NCBI GenBank assembly: GCA_013239625.1
Contig: MU053376.1
Coordinates: forward strand, 458,833-522,832
From: Lama guanicoe
Lineage: Eukaryota
DNA length: 64,000 nt
Reading direction: 5' to 3'
Made by a program: the position numbers and the translations under genes. Each line of letters starts with the position of its first letter. The stretch's first letter is position 1. Below, piece after piece: positions 1 through 12,858 of the stretch. The notes below the pieces were generated by a model. The model worked only from the letters and a program-made list of their open reading frames with translations, did no database searches and was not told where the DNA came from.

Positions 1-545
1 CTGGTAGGATTATAAATTGATGCAAAGACTTCGAAGACAGCTTGTGTCAGATCCTAAAGTTGAATATTCCTGTATGCTATGACACAGTAATTTCTCCTGT
101 AGATAAGCCCAACAGATACTTTTTTGCACATATACAAGAATGTTAAAAGCAATATTCATAATAGTGAAAGCCCTGTAAACAACTCAGATGTCCATCACAC
201 ACTGGAAATATACAGTAGTCAAAATAAGTGAAAAATAAAGTATATTATGACGTGGGTGAATATTGAAGACATTGTGCTAAATTTTATAAGCCAGACACAA
301 AAGGACAAATATTGTGTGATTTCACTTATCAGAGATACCTAGAATGGGCATATTCATAGAGACAGAAAGTAGGGTGGTGGTTTCCAGGGTCTGGGGAGAG
401 GGAATAATGGGGGAGTTACTGTTTAATGGGTACAGAGTTTCAGTTTGCAGTGATGAAAAAGTTCTGGAGATGGATAGTGGTGATGGGGTGCAACATTGTG
501 AGGTACTTAATGTCACTGAATTGTACATTTTAAAATGGTGAATTT
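1..545 (+). mobile_element. Old L1M 3' fragments
   Basis: ataagccagacacaaaaggacaaatattg...gagtttcagtttgcagtgatgaaaaagttctggagatggatagtggtgatgg is a typical L1MB-type 3'UTR. Confidence 0.75.
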
Positions 546-1115
546 TATATGAAGGAACTCAAATGACGTGACAGGAATTTATTTAGTGAAATAAAAATTC
601 CTAAAATTACATATAATATGCTTCCTTTCTTTTTTAAAATTAAAAGCAAACTAAACTAAAAATATATCCTTTTTAGGATTCCATTTTAATGCAATAAAGT
701 GCATAAAAAGAAAGGGAAGAAAATCAAAACAGAATTCAGGATGATTTTGGGGAGGAGGCAGGGGAATGGGATGGGAGAATCTTACAGTTAAATATAGATT
801 GTTGTCAGAGTCCTAGTTTGTGGATGCTTATTGCATTATTAAAAATAAGTGAAAGTGGGCCATGTGTGGATGAACAATGAGAGTATGTCTTGAAGGAAAG
901 GATTGTGATTAATTTTGTGCACTTGAGGTCTAATGGGAAAAAATACTGCTGTGTGGGGACTTCAGAGCTTTTCTGAGTTTAAACCTTGAGTTCAGCAGTT
1001 TACTAATTGTGTGATCTTGGGCAAATAATTTCATTGTGCTTCTTTTGCTTAATCTATAAAATAAAGATGATAATAATGCATATGTCATAGGATTATTTAA
1101 GTATTTAGTGGATTA

Positions 1116-1275
1116 TAGCACAGGGAAATACATACAAGATCTTGTGGTAGCTCACAGTGAAAAAAATGTGACAATGAATATATGTATGTTCATGTATAAC
1201 TGAAAAATCGTGCTCTACACTGGAATTTGACACAACATTGTAAAATGACTATAACTCAATAAAAAATGTTTAAAA
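1116..1275 (+). mobile_element. Young 5'-truncated L1 3' end
   Basis: Same 3' sequence as at 28433, 41730 and 59311; perfect 17-bp TSD aagtatttagtggatta at 1099-1115 and 1276-1292. Confidence 0.85.
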
Positions 1276-2779
1276 AAGTATTTAGTGGATTAATATATGT
1301 ACTTGATACAGAATAAGCTCTATATAAGTCTTTGCCATTTATCATTATCCAATCCTGTGTTGTAATAAACCACCCAACAACTTAGTGAGTTAAAACAGCA
1401 GCCATTTTATTTCTTATGATTCTGTGGGATGAACATCCCATTCAGTGAGTTGGTTCTGTTGGTCTCACTTGTAGTCTGTCATAGAGCTGTAGTTAGCTGT
1501 CAGCTGGCACTCAAGTGTCCTGAGATGTGTGGTGCTTTGGAGGATGTGGCTGGAAAGCTGAGCGCAGCTGGATGACTGAGCTCCTCCACCTGGCCTTTCT
1601 ATGTGGTCTTCAGTGGAGAAGCCAGTTAGGAGATGTGGTTCATTGGGGGCCGTTTTTGAAAATATCCACACTGTTATTAATATTTGTATCCACCATGTTC
1701 TACCACATATATAATTGTCAGTTTAGGCACTGAAGATATATTAATGAACAAATAAATGGAAATCCCTTTCCACTTATAGTTTGTTTTGCATGATAAAAAT
1801 TGAAACTAAATAGTGTGTTGCTGGTAACAAGAACAGTGAAGAAAAGAAAAATAAAGCAGGGAAGCAATAAGGAATACTAGGGGTTGGGGGTTGTGTGGTC
1901 ATTGGAAGGCCTCATTGATAAACTGATGTTTTGAGCAAAGACAAAAGGAGGAGGTTAGGAGCCAGAGGGGCAAGGGTGGAAGCAAGAAAACCTTTAGGGG
2001 CTAATGCAGTTCAGAGGTGGGCAGCATGGTTAGTGTAGTAATGATGGAAGTAGGGAGAAGTGGTTTGATTTTGAATATATTTTGAAGATAGAGCTTCAGA
2101 ATTTATTCATAAACTGGGTGTCAAGTGTGAGGGAAAAAAGGAATCAAGGGTAGCTTCAATGTCATTGACCTGAGTAACTGAAAGGGTGGAGGTGCCATTT
2201 ACTAAGATGGGGAAGACTTACAGGACTAGCAGATTTGGGGAGATGAAATTTTTTTAAAAATATTTTTTAATTTTTAAGGTTTGAAATGCCAGTTAAAAGC
2301 TAGGTGCTTTAAAATTATGTTATGCTTATGTCCTGTTTGATTTCCTGTTTTGTAGCAAGGGAACCTGATAGAAGGAGGGTGGAATTTATACTCTGTTGTA
2401 GTTAATAAGACTTCTGAGGAGAGTGAGGAATCTTTGTAGCTGTAAGCCAGAGTGTTGGTTTATTTAATTCATAAATTTCACTGACTTTTGTCACCTGTTT
2501 CCTAGGAGAAGTTCTGCAGGTAAACTCAGTTTATTTAAAAATTTATTTTCCTTCCCTATAGTTTTTTTTTTTTTAAGGACAAAAGGTAAAAGGTGAAAAA
2601 CTTTAAACCTTACTCTTTATTTCAGTTCATGTTATATCTTTCCTTGATGCTATGTATATCCGCCTTAGTTTAACACCATTTTATATAGGTATTTAGTTGG
2701 TGTACTCTTTTTGGGTTTGGCACATTTTAAAAGCTGCTTTAACTGATACTGAATATTTTAACTCTTTACTTTCCTGTGG

Positions 2780-2809
2780 TCTCTTGCCAAGACATGTTCC
2801 AGCTTGTTG
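2780..2809 (+). promoter_or_regulatory. p53 response element (MDM4 intron 1, P2-type promoter)
   Basis: AGACATGTTC (2790-2799) is a perfect RRRCWWGYYY, directly followed by CAGCTTGTTG (2 mismatches) and preceded by a degenerate TCTCTTGCCA. A p53-responsive intron-1 promoter is known for human and mouse MDM4. Confidence 0.8.
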
Positions 2810-2949
2810 CAGAGGTTTTCCTTGGTGTAATCTTGGAATCTTAATCTATTACTTAATCTTGGTAATCCCCAGCTGTGCGTCTGTCTCCTACGGGTGCTCT
2901 TGAGCACTGTCCAAGAGGGGAGGAGATGCTGAAGAATAATCTGATCCAC

Positions 2950-3154
2950 TGGGGACATAATGATTGTACATTTCACTTCTAGCTGGAACAGTTGACTCAT
3001 CATCAGTGTGGAGGTCGGAGCATGCCTGAACCTGTTTCTCTTGCAGGCTTCACTTGAGGGAAGTCGAGATGGTTCTTACTCTTAATTAAGCTCCTTTTTT
3101 TTGCAGGATCTGAAATAAAAAGTGATCAGAAGGGTAACAGGAACCTCAGCATGG
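2950..3154 (+). other. MDM4: Putative alternative first exon 1-beta of MDM4 (5' boundary unknown)
   Basis: Lies between the p53 element and exon 2; ends AACCTCAGCATGG|gtatat, giving a 121-nt intron to the exon 2 acceptor. Confidence 0.55.
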
Positions 3155-3310
3155 GTATATTGCAGTTGTACTCTGATGTATGTCTTTTTTACTTCTGCTA
3201 GCTGCTTTTTTGTAAATTCTAAAGAGAATTTTCTCCTTCAGAAGAGATTTTATAATTTTTTTTTTTACCTTTTAGATTTATCAACGGACTGCAATATTTT
3301 CACTGCCAAA

Positions 3311-3388
3311 ATGACGTCATTTTCCACCTCTGCACAGTGTTCAACATCTGACAGTGCTTGCAGGATCTCTCCAGAACAAACCAACCAG
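3311..3388 (+). CDS. MDM4: MDM4 exon 2, coding part (exon starts at 3276)
   Basis: Translates MTSFSTSAQCSTSDSACRISPEQTNQ, the MDM4 N-terminus. Acceptor ttttag ends 3275; donor gtaagt at 3389; 78 coding nt. Confidence 0.97.
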
Positions 3389-3422
3389 GTAAGTTATTTT
3401 TAGGCATTCCTATTTTTCTTTT

Positions 3423-3526
3423 GGGGGAGAGTATAGTTCAAGTGGTAGAGCGCATGCTTAGCATACACAGGGTCCTGGGTTCAATTCCCAGTACCTCCTC
3501 TAAAAATTAAATAAATAAGTAAACCT
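3423..3526 (+). mobile_element. tRNA-Ala-derived camelid SINE (Vic-1 type), no polyA tail
   Basis: A box/B box tRNA-like head (gtggtagagcgcatgcttagcat...gggttcaattccc); TSD cctatttttcttttg at 3409-3423 and 3524-3538. Confidence 0.85.
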
Positions 3527-4429
3527 ATTTTTCTTTTGAGTTTTTAAAAATTGAACTGGGGCATGTAGCCGGCTTCACTGTAGGATTTTATGCAGACCAG
3601 AAAGGATTACTTTGCAAAATGTCATATGAGGGAAACTAGTAAACAGTACCAATGCTCATAAATTTGAATTATCATTGATTAAATAAATATTTGGAGGTTA
3701 CAGATTGCTCAAAATGGCACATTCTGAAAACTATTATGTTTTAGGGTCTGGGTAGCTAGTGGAAAATTTGGGGCCAAGTTATATATTTGTTTTCTGTTTT
3801 TCTCACTTCATTGTAACTAGTTTGCTTTCTTTAAAAATCAATTTTAAATTGTAAGTATAGCAAATGTATTCTTATAAAAAAATTCAAACTTTATCGTGTA
3901 TTTATCTGTCAAGTATTTATCTGTAGAGACTCCTTTCTTCCCTTCTTCCCTCAGAGTCCCTTCCCTGGGATAACACTTGATGGATCTTGTTCCAGATCTT
4001 TTCCTCTAACATAAAAATACATAATTTTGTTTTGGTTTTCATAAACATTGTACCATATATAGTATTATGTACCTTAATTTATGATAAAGATGGAATTTGG
4101 ATTTGATGGGAGGAAATGTGACTTATATAATAAATGGTTTTGACTTAATTGGCCATCTCTAGAAGGAAACAAATGAAGACTCCAAACCTTGTAGAAAAAC
4201 AAATTGCCAGAGAGATAAAGATTTAAACATAAAAAGTGAAATGATAAAAATATTAGAAGAAAAGTTTAGGAAATATTTGTGAAACTTTAGAATAAGGGAG
4301 GCCTTAAGTAAGACAAAAACTAAGGAGGCTGTAAGAGGAAGAGAGACATAAATTTGATTATATAAAATGAAAAAAATTAAATTGTGTGACTAAAGACAGA
4401 CTGTACAGAGTCAAGAGATGCCAGACAAA

Positions 4430-4785
4430 GTCATTATCCCTTGTATGTATATACCACATCTTGTTTATCCATTCATCTGTCAGTGGTGTTTCCATCTTTT
4501 GGCTATTATGAATAATGTTGCTGTGTACCAATGTACAAACGTTTGTTTGAGTCCCTGCTTTCAGTTCTTTTAGATATATGCCTAGGAGTGAAACTGCTGG
4601 ATCATATGGTAATTCTGTGTTTAACTTTTTGAGTAACTACCTAACTGTTTTCCATAGCAGCTATGCACCATTTTATATTCCCACTAGCAGCGCACAAGAG
4701 TTCCAGTTTCTTCACATCCTCACCAACACTTGTTATTTTCTTTTCTTTTTTCCATTTATCTTAGCCATCCTAAGGGGTGTGAATG
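4430..4785 (-). mobile_element. Old L1 fragment
   Basis: gtttatccattcatctgtc...gctggatcatatggtaattctgtgtttaactttttgag, antisense ORF2 end. Confidence 0.75.
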
Positions 4786-4978
4786 TGCTGTCTTTTGAAA
4801 ACGTGATTTTTCAGGAAGGCAACAAGTAATAGTCTGATCATCTGTAGTTATTAAAGATGCTAAGTGTCTACTAGGTGTTTGTTAAAAAAAAAGTTTGAGG
4901 GGGTTTGTTTTCCCCTAGGGTTTCAGAAACCAATATAATTGAAATGTAAAGAACAGGTTTATTTTATGTTTATATCAG

Positions 4979-5053
4979 GTACGACCAAAACTGCCACTTT
5001 TGAAGATTTTGCAGGCAGCAGGTGCACAAGGTGAAATGTTCACTGTTAAAGAG
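4979..5053 (+). CDS. MDM4: MDM4 exon 3 (p53-binding SWIB domain)
   Basis: VRPKLPLLKILQAAGAQGEMFTVKE; cag acceptor, gtaagc donor; 75 nt. Confidence 0.97.
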
Positions 5054-7062
5054 GTAAGCCATCGAAGAAAATTTTCCGTTTTAAGAAAAGCTAGAAGTAG
5101 AACTTTATGAATGTGTAATTCTGAAATTAAGCCTAAAAAAGTAAGTTCTCCTGAGGTACTGGAGTGACTTTTGTTCTGTTTTAAAGACCATTGAGCTAAG
5201 TTGAACTTTATATTTCCTTTAAATTTCCTTTTAAACAAAGTGTGTTGTCAGCTAAACATGAGATGAACCATAAGTTCATTGATCTCAGAGTTAAAATGTG
5301 AAACATGTACAAGATTTAAAAAAATGACACTGTCTATGATTTATAGGATATGCTGCCAGGCAGAAATTCGGTGCAGTAATTTTTCATTATAAATGTATCA
5401 GATACTCTTCTGAGAACAGTGAGTTATTTTAAACAGTATACATTTAAATAATTTATTTAGTTTCTGAATTTTTTTTTAAAACAAACTAGATTGAGTTCTT
5501 TAAGTGGAAATGACTCAGTATTAAAATGTTAATCTCTTCAAACTGCTTGGATTTAGTAGGGTAAAGATCTAACCCTTTTTAAACAGTGCACGCAATTAAT
5601 AAGCTTTTTTTTGACTTGTCTTAAAAGCTTGACACCTGTTAGCAATGCTGTACCCCTGAGCCATTCTCCCTCTCAAGGAAACAAATCTGGAGGCATTTCA
5701 GATTTTCTGCAACACTCATATTTCTTTTATCATTTTGAATTAAGTGCATCATTTTGGACTCTATCTGAAATCTGATGAATATGACTTTTTTCCAAACTTT
5801 TATTTAAGTGGATTTTTATATCAGTAGCATCACTATAATACACTGTATTATCTCCTTCAGTAGCATGGCAGAGTTTGCCTGGGTTAAGATGAAATTAATT
5901 ACATGTTGTTCAGGGAGGTTATTTTATGGGAGAAAGTTGACAGATCAGTTTACACAATAAGCTCTCTGTTATGAATCTTGACACCACCTGGTGCATAAAG
6001 AGGAATTTTCTAGTTTTTTATTTTTAAATATTAGTTATCAGTATGTGCAATGAAGCAGTGTGGTATAATGAGAATAGTAGTAGTATATACAAATTTAGTC
6101 TAGTGTTTTAGAAGATCTTTGTACAGATTGGATTTATTTTTTTCTGAAAGTTGGACAGACATAAATATAAAACTTCCTTTTTTTTTCTTATAGTATGTAT
6201 TCTTCCCCATCTTACTTTTCTCTAGATACTTGATTAGATATGAGAGCTCCGTTAATACGGAGACATGTTGCCTGGGATGGAGGGGAGCCTAAGAGCATCA
6301 TTACTCCAATATACTGGGAACAGTATAGGGAAAAATTTTGTGCAAATATGTAATAATAAGGGCCTAAAGATAAAGATAGCAGCTTTGGTCTGCTTGTGAT
6401 CATTAAGTGAACCTAACTATTAAGCAGTCTTAAAAACTCTACCACCTGGAGGAAACATTAGGAAAATCAGATAGTTTTAAAATTTTGAATCATGAACTTG
6501 TCTGTGTTCCCTTCCATTTTATGAACTCTGTGAAAAAGTTCAGGTAGACTAAATTTTCATTTGATAAACACTTGGATTCTCTGTTTTACACACTTACAAT
6601 GCTGACGGCTTGTTAACCATTGTACTTTTTATTTGCCAAAAAGAATTAAGTGAACGCTCATCAAAGCCTATAGTGGTTATGTGCCTCTGGACTTGGAAAA
6701 TATTTTTATGACCCAGGCAAATTTAAATTTTATTACTTCTAGTAATAGAACAGACCCCTTTATTTGGACTGGTGAGAACATTTTTAAGGGGATACTAGGA
6801 ACTCGGTAAGTTCATCACTCTTTCTCGCTATCAGATCAGTACATTTCTGTTCTAAAAAGTAAGGGTCTGTTACTCTCCAGAGTGGTGATAAGTGGGTGAA
6901 CCTTGTGACTGGGGCAGCAGTCCTCTTACACAAGCACATCAGGCATGTTCCTGGTATAATATTTCTTTATCTAGCAAACTGACTCGCCTTATCTCCTTAT
7001 AGTTAATTTGTGTTTTTGGCAGCGCTGGACAGACCCCTTCATGCTGTCTTATTTGCACGTAG

Positions 7063-7197
<135 letters not shown>

Positions 7198-8224
7198 TAA
7201 AAAGAGTGGGGGTTTGTTTATCTTTTGGGGTGCTTATACCTAACCACTGGATCTGCATAGGGTATTCACAGTTACTTACCCTTTAGTCAACAAACATTTA
7301 AGGGCCTGCACATGGCAGGTGGCTGTGCGGCACTGAGAACGTGGCAGTGAGCGCACAGTCTCTGACCGTATGACGTTCAGAGAGTAATGAGACAGTAGAC
7401 CCTTCCCCGTCTTAGCTATCACGTTGGTGCGTGGTAAAGTTACACTGCGATAAGTGTTATGTAAAAAGGCACGTGAAACTGTCTCAAGGGATGGGTTTAG
7501 GGTCTTACGGGTCAGGAAGAGTTCCTTGAGGAAGTGCTATTTGAGCTGAGAGCTGAAGGGTAATTAAAGGGAAGGAGAAGCTTGTGGCAGATTGGACGTC
7601 ATGTGGAAAGGCCTCGGAGGAGGGAGCTTGATATAACTCAGTTAGGGTTTTGTGAGACAGTTGTTGAAGAGAGAGGAGTGAGCTGATGCGAGAAATGGAG
7701 AGTTGCTGGGCAGGTTGAGGTGGATAGTGAGCTTTGTAAGAATCATGGTAGGTCTGTGCTGCCCTGTTGCGTGGCATTCGCCAGCTACACAGGGTCTCTG
7801 GTTATTAACTTACACAGTCAAAAGCTAATCGGTAATTAAAAGCCAGTGCTCTTTTTCTCTCTATAGCTTTGTGATGATGGTGTCTTCTAAGACTCCCTTC
7901 TGTACTCACTCTCCAGTAAAATGTAAAACTTAACTCTTAGAAGGAAGCAATAGTCTCCAAAGGAAATCTCCCCACTTGGGTTACTGTTAGTTTTTGAAAT
8001 AAAATGTAAATTAGATTTTTTTTAATGGGGGCAAAGTAACACAAGGGCTTGGGTATTAACATGTTAATATTTAAATAATTTTTAAAACTCTATTTTGGGG
8101 AAAAAATTTTGTGTCTGCATATATATACCATAGAGAAAGTTGGGAGATAATGTATCAGAAATATACTTAATGTTTTAATGGAAAACCATAGAATTATTAA
8201 TTTTTTATTTTATCTCTCTGACAG

Positions 8225-8280
8225 CCCTCTCTATGATATGCTAAGAAAGAATCTTGTCACTTTAGCTACTGCTACTACAG
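8225..8280 (+). CDS. MDM4: MDM4 exon 5
   Basis: (S)PLYDMLRKNLVTLATATT; cag acceptor, gtatgt donor; 56 nt. Confidence 0.97.
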
Positions 8281-8439
8281 GTATGTCACATCATATTTCT
8301 TCAGGCTGTATCATAGTCTTGAGTTCAAGGGCGTGAATCATGGGAAAATAAGGAGGATCAAGATGGAAATTGAATGCTGTCTTGGCATGACTGGGAGAGA
8401 TACCTGTCACACAGATTGTGATTACTGTGTTATTTGACT

Positions 8440-9160
8440 TTTCATTTTCAAATATACTGAAAATAGAGATTAGTATAATTAATGCCCATGTCTTGTAAGG
8501 ACTTAGTAATTGTTAATGTTTTACCATATTTCCTTCATCTGTACAGGCTTTAAAAATCTCTAACAGATAAGGACCTTTTTCCTTCAAACATAACTGCAAT
8601 GCCATTATTACACCCAACAAAATTAATAACATTAAGCAAAACGAATAGTAACTCCATAATACTATCCAGTAGCCAGTTCATGTGTAGTTAACCCCAGTTA
8701 TTTAAGACGTACCTTTTGCATTTGCCTTGTTCACATCAGGATCCAAACAAAGTCCACACTTTGCCTTTGGTTGATATATCTCTTAGTATCTTTAATCTAT
8801 AAAACTTTACCTTCCTTTTGTTATGTCATTTATTTATTGAAGAAATGGATCCTTTGTCCTATAGAATTTCCCACATTCTCGTTTGCAGATTGTATCCCTG
8901 TGATGTTGTTTAACATGTTTTTGTATCTTTTCTATTTTTGGTAAACTAACAGTCCCTGAATAAATTCAAGTTTAAATTTTTTGCTGAGAATGTTACCTAG
9001 GTGGTGCTTTGTACGCCTGTTGCATCACGTCAGAGCCGTGTGAGATCTGCTTGTCTCTCTTTCAGTGATGCTAAGATTCTGTGGACTTACATGGTTTCAC
9101 CCTGATCCATGTGTTATAAAGGTCCCCTAAGAACCTTTCACCTAAAGATTTCAGCTTTCT
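8440..9160 (-). mobile_element. Ancient L1 (L1MC/ME-like) 3'UTR fragment
   Basis: caggatccaaacaaagtccacac...tggttgatatatctcttag motif typical of L1MC4/5-type ends. Confidence 0.55.
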
Positions 9161-9212
9161 GCTATTTGAATACCAGTTTCTCTCTTTGCTTGATTCCGTA
9201 CATTTTAAAAAA

Positions 9213-9338
9213 ATTTTGTTTTTCTTTGAGGGGTATTTATTTAAATATATGTATGTATATATTTTAGTGGAGACACTGGGGATTGAACCCAGGACCTCGT
9301 GCATGCTAAGTACACACTCATCATTGAGCTATATGCCT
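9213..9338 (-). mobile_element. tRNA-derived camelid SINE
   Basis: ggggattgaacccaggacctcgtgcatgctaag is the reverse complement of the same SINE head. Confidence 0.85.
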
Positions 9339-12057
9339 TGCTGCCCTCACCCCCGATTCCATACCTTATAAATACTGCCTTTTGAGTTTAATTTATTAGG
9401 TACAGAAACTGGCTGCTTTGGGGTGTGAGGTTTGATGTGTTAGAGATAAGTGAATAAACTGGATACAACTAAAATGTAACCTCACTCATTTCCGAAGAAT
9501 GAAACTTTTCTTTCTCCATTCCTACATGAAGCCCTTTTGTGAGTTTCAAATTAGATTTTAGATACATTGTCTTTTGAAGAAAGTCCGTTTTTGTAATCCC
9601 TTTAGATTGGCTATTTTTCAGCAGTTTACTGAAACAAGTAAGTTGGAAAAAATCCATTCCTAATAAAGATTTATGCTTTAAAGTGAGAGCATAGAGACTT
9701 TTGCTGTCATACTGAAATGTGGTTTGAACTTATGTTGAATTTTGAAGCCTGTTGGTTTCATTGAGCTAGGTGTCCACTTCACCCAGCTGTAAATTTCTGT
9801 TTTAGAGGGAGGACCTTGCAAATTATATGGCACTTTATTGAAATTCAGTCACTTGTGAGTGTAGCTTTCCTGGGACAGTCATCACAGGCTTGAAATACTC
9901 AAGAGAATTTTATATTTGCTGATCTACTCTTTCAGCAAAATTTGTTTTCTGATTATCTGTTCTCTGAATATCTAGAGTGGGTATAATTCTCACTCTTACT
10001 CTCATTTTCTTTCTTGCACTCCTTCAGCAGAATTTAACATGCCAGATAGTAAGGTGAACACTTCTGTAACAAACATTTCAGTTTTTCCCGACAACAACCC
10101 TGTGAGGAAGGTCTGGAGATGGAGAGTTGAGGTTTTGGTTTTTTCCCCCCTCCAGTAGAATGAGTAATTTGTCCAAGGTGAGGTGCTGCTGATAGGTAGA
10201 GCGGATGTTTTTGATGGGCTAGTCTGTGCTCTTCGTTTTGTGCCACATGCTGATGTCTCCTTAACCCTTTCTTGTAACAGAATTTGCCCAATTAATTTTT
10301 TAACACTTTTATTTTAATCAGAATGTTAAATCTTTTAAATATTTTCTTTGTTCTTTAACTGATCACTTTGAAATAATTTCACCTACAAAAAAGTTGCAAA
10401 GGTATTAAAAAGAGAGGTCTGTGTTCTCTTTACCCAGATTCCCCAAATGGTAACATCTTACATAACCATGATACAATGATCAAAACCAGGAAATTACCCC
10501 CACAGTAATTTTGATTGATTGTCTGTTCTGAATGAACTCCCATTATTGCTAATGTTTGGCTGTTTCTGTGCTTCATAAATTGAGTTGCATGTGTTTTATT
10601 TGAAGGGACAAGTGAGAAAAGTGCTTTCCATATCAACTGTTTTATACCTTTGCAAATGAGATAAACCTTTTATTTTGATGGTTGAAGAAAATGCCATTGT
10701 TTGAAGTGAAGATGAATCTTTATAAATCATGTCTTTAAATTTCCACATCTGTTCTAATAAAATAAAATATATATGACAAGTTTTCAGTTTATTTTAAAAT
10801 TCCTTTTTACACTGTAGCTTTCCCCTACAATTTCTTTTTGCTTCTAATTGTTTTAACCTAATTAAGGCAGTTAGTCTTTAGAACTAGAAGTGACAGAAGT
10901 TGAATTCCTTTACTAAAGAAATGCTTCATCTGCATTGTATATTAATTGAGCTTTGAAGACCACTGTGGTCAGAAAATGCTGGCTCTTTAACATCTCAGTA
11001 TCTCCATTTATCTATAAAAATGCTTCTAGAAATAATACTCTGTAATTACAATGTTGAAAATGCTTGCTTTGTGCAAAACAACTGAGTTGTCAGACTCTGT
11101 TGTAGAATCTGAATTCTTTCTCTAGCCGTCTTTATTGTACGAGGATGACATTTTCCATAAGTGTCTTACTTCTGGACTTTATAGTAGCTGCTGAACCAGT
11201 CCATGATAGATTTATTTGGATGCATATAGTTACATATGGCCTCATATAGTGAATGATCCACGTTGTTCAATTTTCTGCATCTTGTTCTTTTCCTGTAGCT
11301 TAAGTTTTCATCTTCTGTTCTGCTTGAAAAATTTTTAAGGCTTTGAGATTCATTTCTCTCAAAATTTCTCTTAAGTTATTGTTTTCTTTGCTTCTTTTTA
11401 TTGACCTTAAGAAAAACTATCTGCTTCCTCTTCCTTCTTAGGAAATGTTTATAGGAACTGAGAAAAATAAGATTTGTTGATTAAAAAATTCATCTGTATT
11501 CATGTGATGGGAATTTAAACTGTGAAATCATCATTGACACTTAGAACGTAAGTTTATATGAGGATGTCATAAAGCAAGTGGGAAAAATTCCAGATTTTTC
11601 AGATTTCATAATCCTGTGTAACTTTAACATTTGAAACAAAAATTAAATTAAAAAGCCAATTTTTTTTTGTTGTTTTGCCTAAGTTAGGCAAATTTAGAAA
11701 TACACCTATAGGAAGAGATGATAAAACACTCTCCATTATTCCCTGTTTGGAATCACTTTTTATATTAAAATTTGAAAGGGTGCTGTGGAAGAACCTTTTT
11801 TTAGTCATTTTTCTTCCTTTTTCCTCAGATGATATTTTGATGGTATATTTTGAATATAGCCTCTCTTGGTCTGTGCCATTTTTACTAGTTTTGATTTTTT
11901 TCCTTTCCTTTTGGATGAGAGCCTTGTACAGCCACAGTGGAGAAGTATATGTTTAGGGACCTAACCTGGCTCCAGGGTTGTTTGCTGAGGTCCTTTTTGT
12001 GTGGAGAGAATGGCTATTACCAGGGAAGGTTTCCCTTTTGTTTTACTTGCCATCCAG

Positions 12058-12125
12058 ATGCTGCTCAGACTCTCGCTCTCGCACAGGATCACAGTATGGA
12101 TATTCCAGGTCAAGACCAGCTGAAG
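12058..12125 (+). CDS. MDM4: MDM4 exon 6 (cassette exon skipped in MDM4-S)
   Basis: (D)AAQTLALAQDHSMDIPGQDQLK; cag acceptor, gtaaaa donor; 68 nt. Confidence 0.96.
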
Positions 12126-12858
12126 GTAAAACCACCACACGGTGACTTCTTTTGTTGTACAGAGTGGCCCCTTCTCTGTACCTATGATCTTGGACTCCCA
12201 AGACCTTTCCTTGAATCTGGTAAGACTTTAACAAGAAAGGTTCTTGGGAGTTCACAGACCAGGGACAGAGTCAACCTTCTCTGTTCTGCCCATAACAGAG
12301 TTCCAGTCTCTGAATCTTTCTTTGGGATGTAGCACTTCTGATCTTCAGTTCTTCCAGTTGCATTTTCTTTGGGGTTTATGTGTGCCTGTGTGTGTGTGTG
12401 TGGTGTTGTATGTACGTAGGTGTTTGAGGAAATTGCTGTATTAGATTTTAACAGGCTTGTTGCAATTAAGTTCATGTCAGGCCGTTTCTTAAAGCTTCCC
12501 AAACCTGGGAAAACTTTATGATCATCTTGGTATATGGCTAGGGTTTCACATGTTTTCTCAGTTACGCCTAATTTTGTAGTAGGCTAAAGACTTCATATTG
12601 ATAGCCTGTTTTTAATAGTAGATCTTGGCCTTTTGTGCAGATTTTTTTACCCCAGGTTTGGGATTCTCCCAGCTCTGCTCACATTGGGTTGAGGAGAGGT
12701 GTTGCTTTTATTTGATGACTGTTGTGAACTCCAGAGTTTTCCTTTCTTGTGCGTAACCCATTGTGTCGCACACTAACTGGTGAGCCAGAGTGGAACTGCT
12801 ACATCCCCTGGTCGCAGTCATTTCTCCTGCACTGATGGACACCTTTCCTTCTTTTCAG

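Noticed and set aside
3122..3310. Reading frame open across the 121-nt intron upstream of exon 2
   Set aside because: Runs through the T-rich polypyrimidine tract, which is naturally stop-poor; no evidence for intron retention.
3423..3497. tRNA-Ala(AGC)-like sequences here and at eight other positions
   Set aside because: Diverged stems, a shared non-tRNA 3' extension and TSDs show they are SINEs, not tRNA genes.
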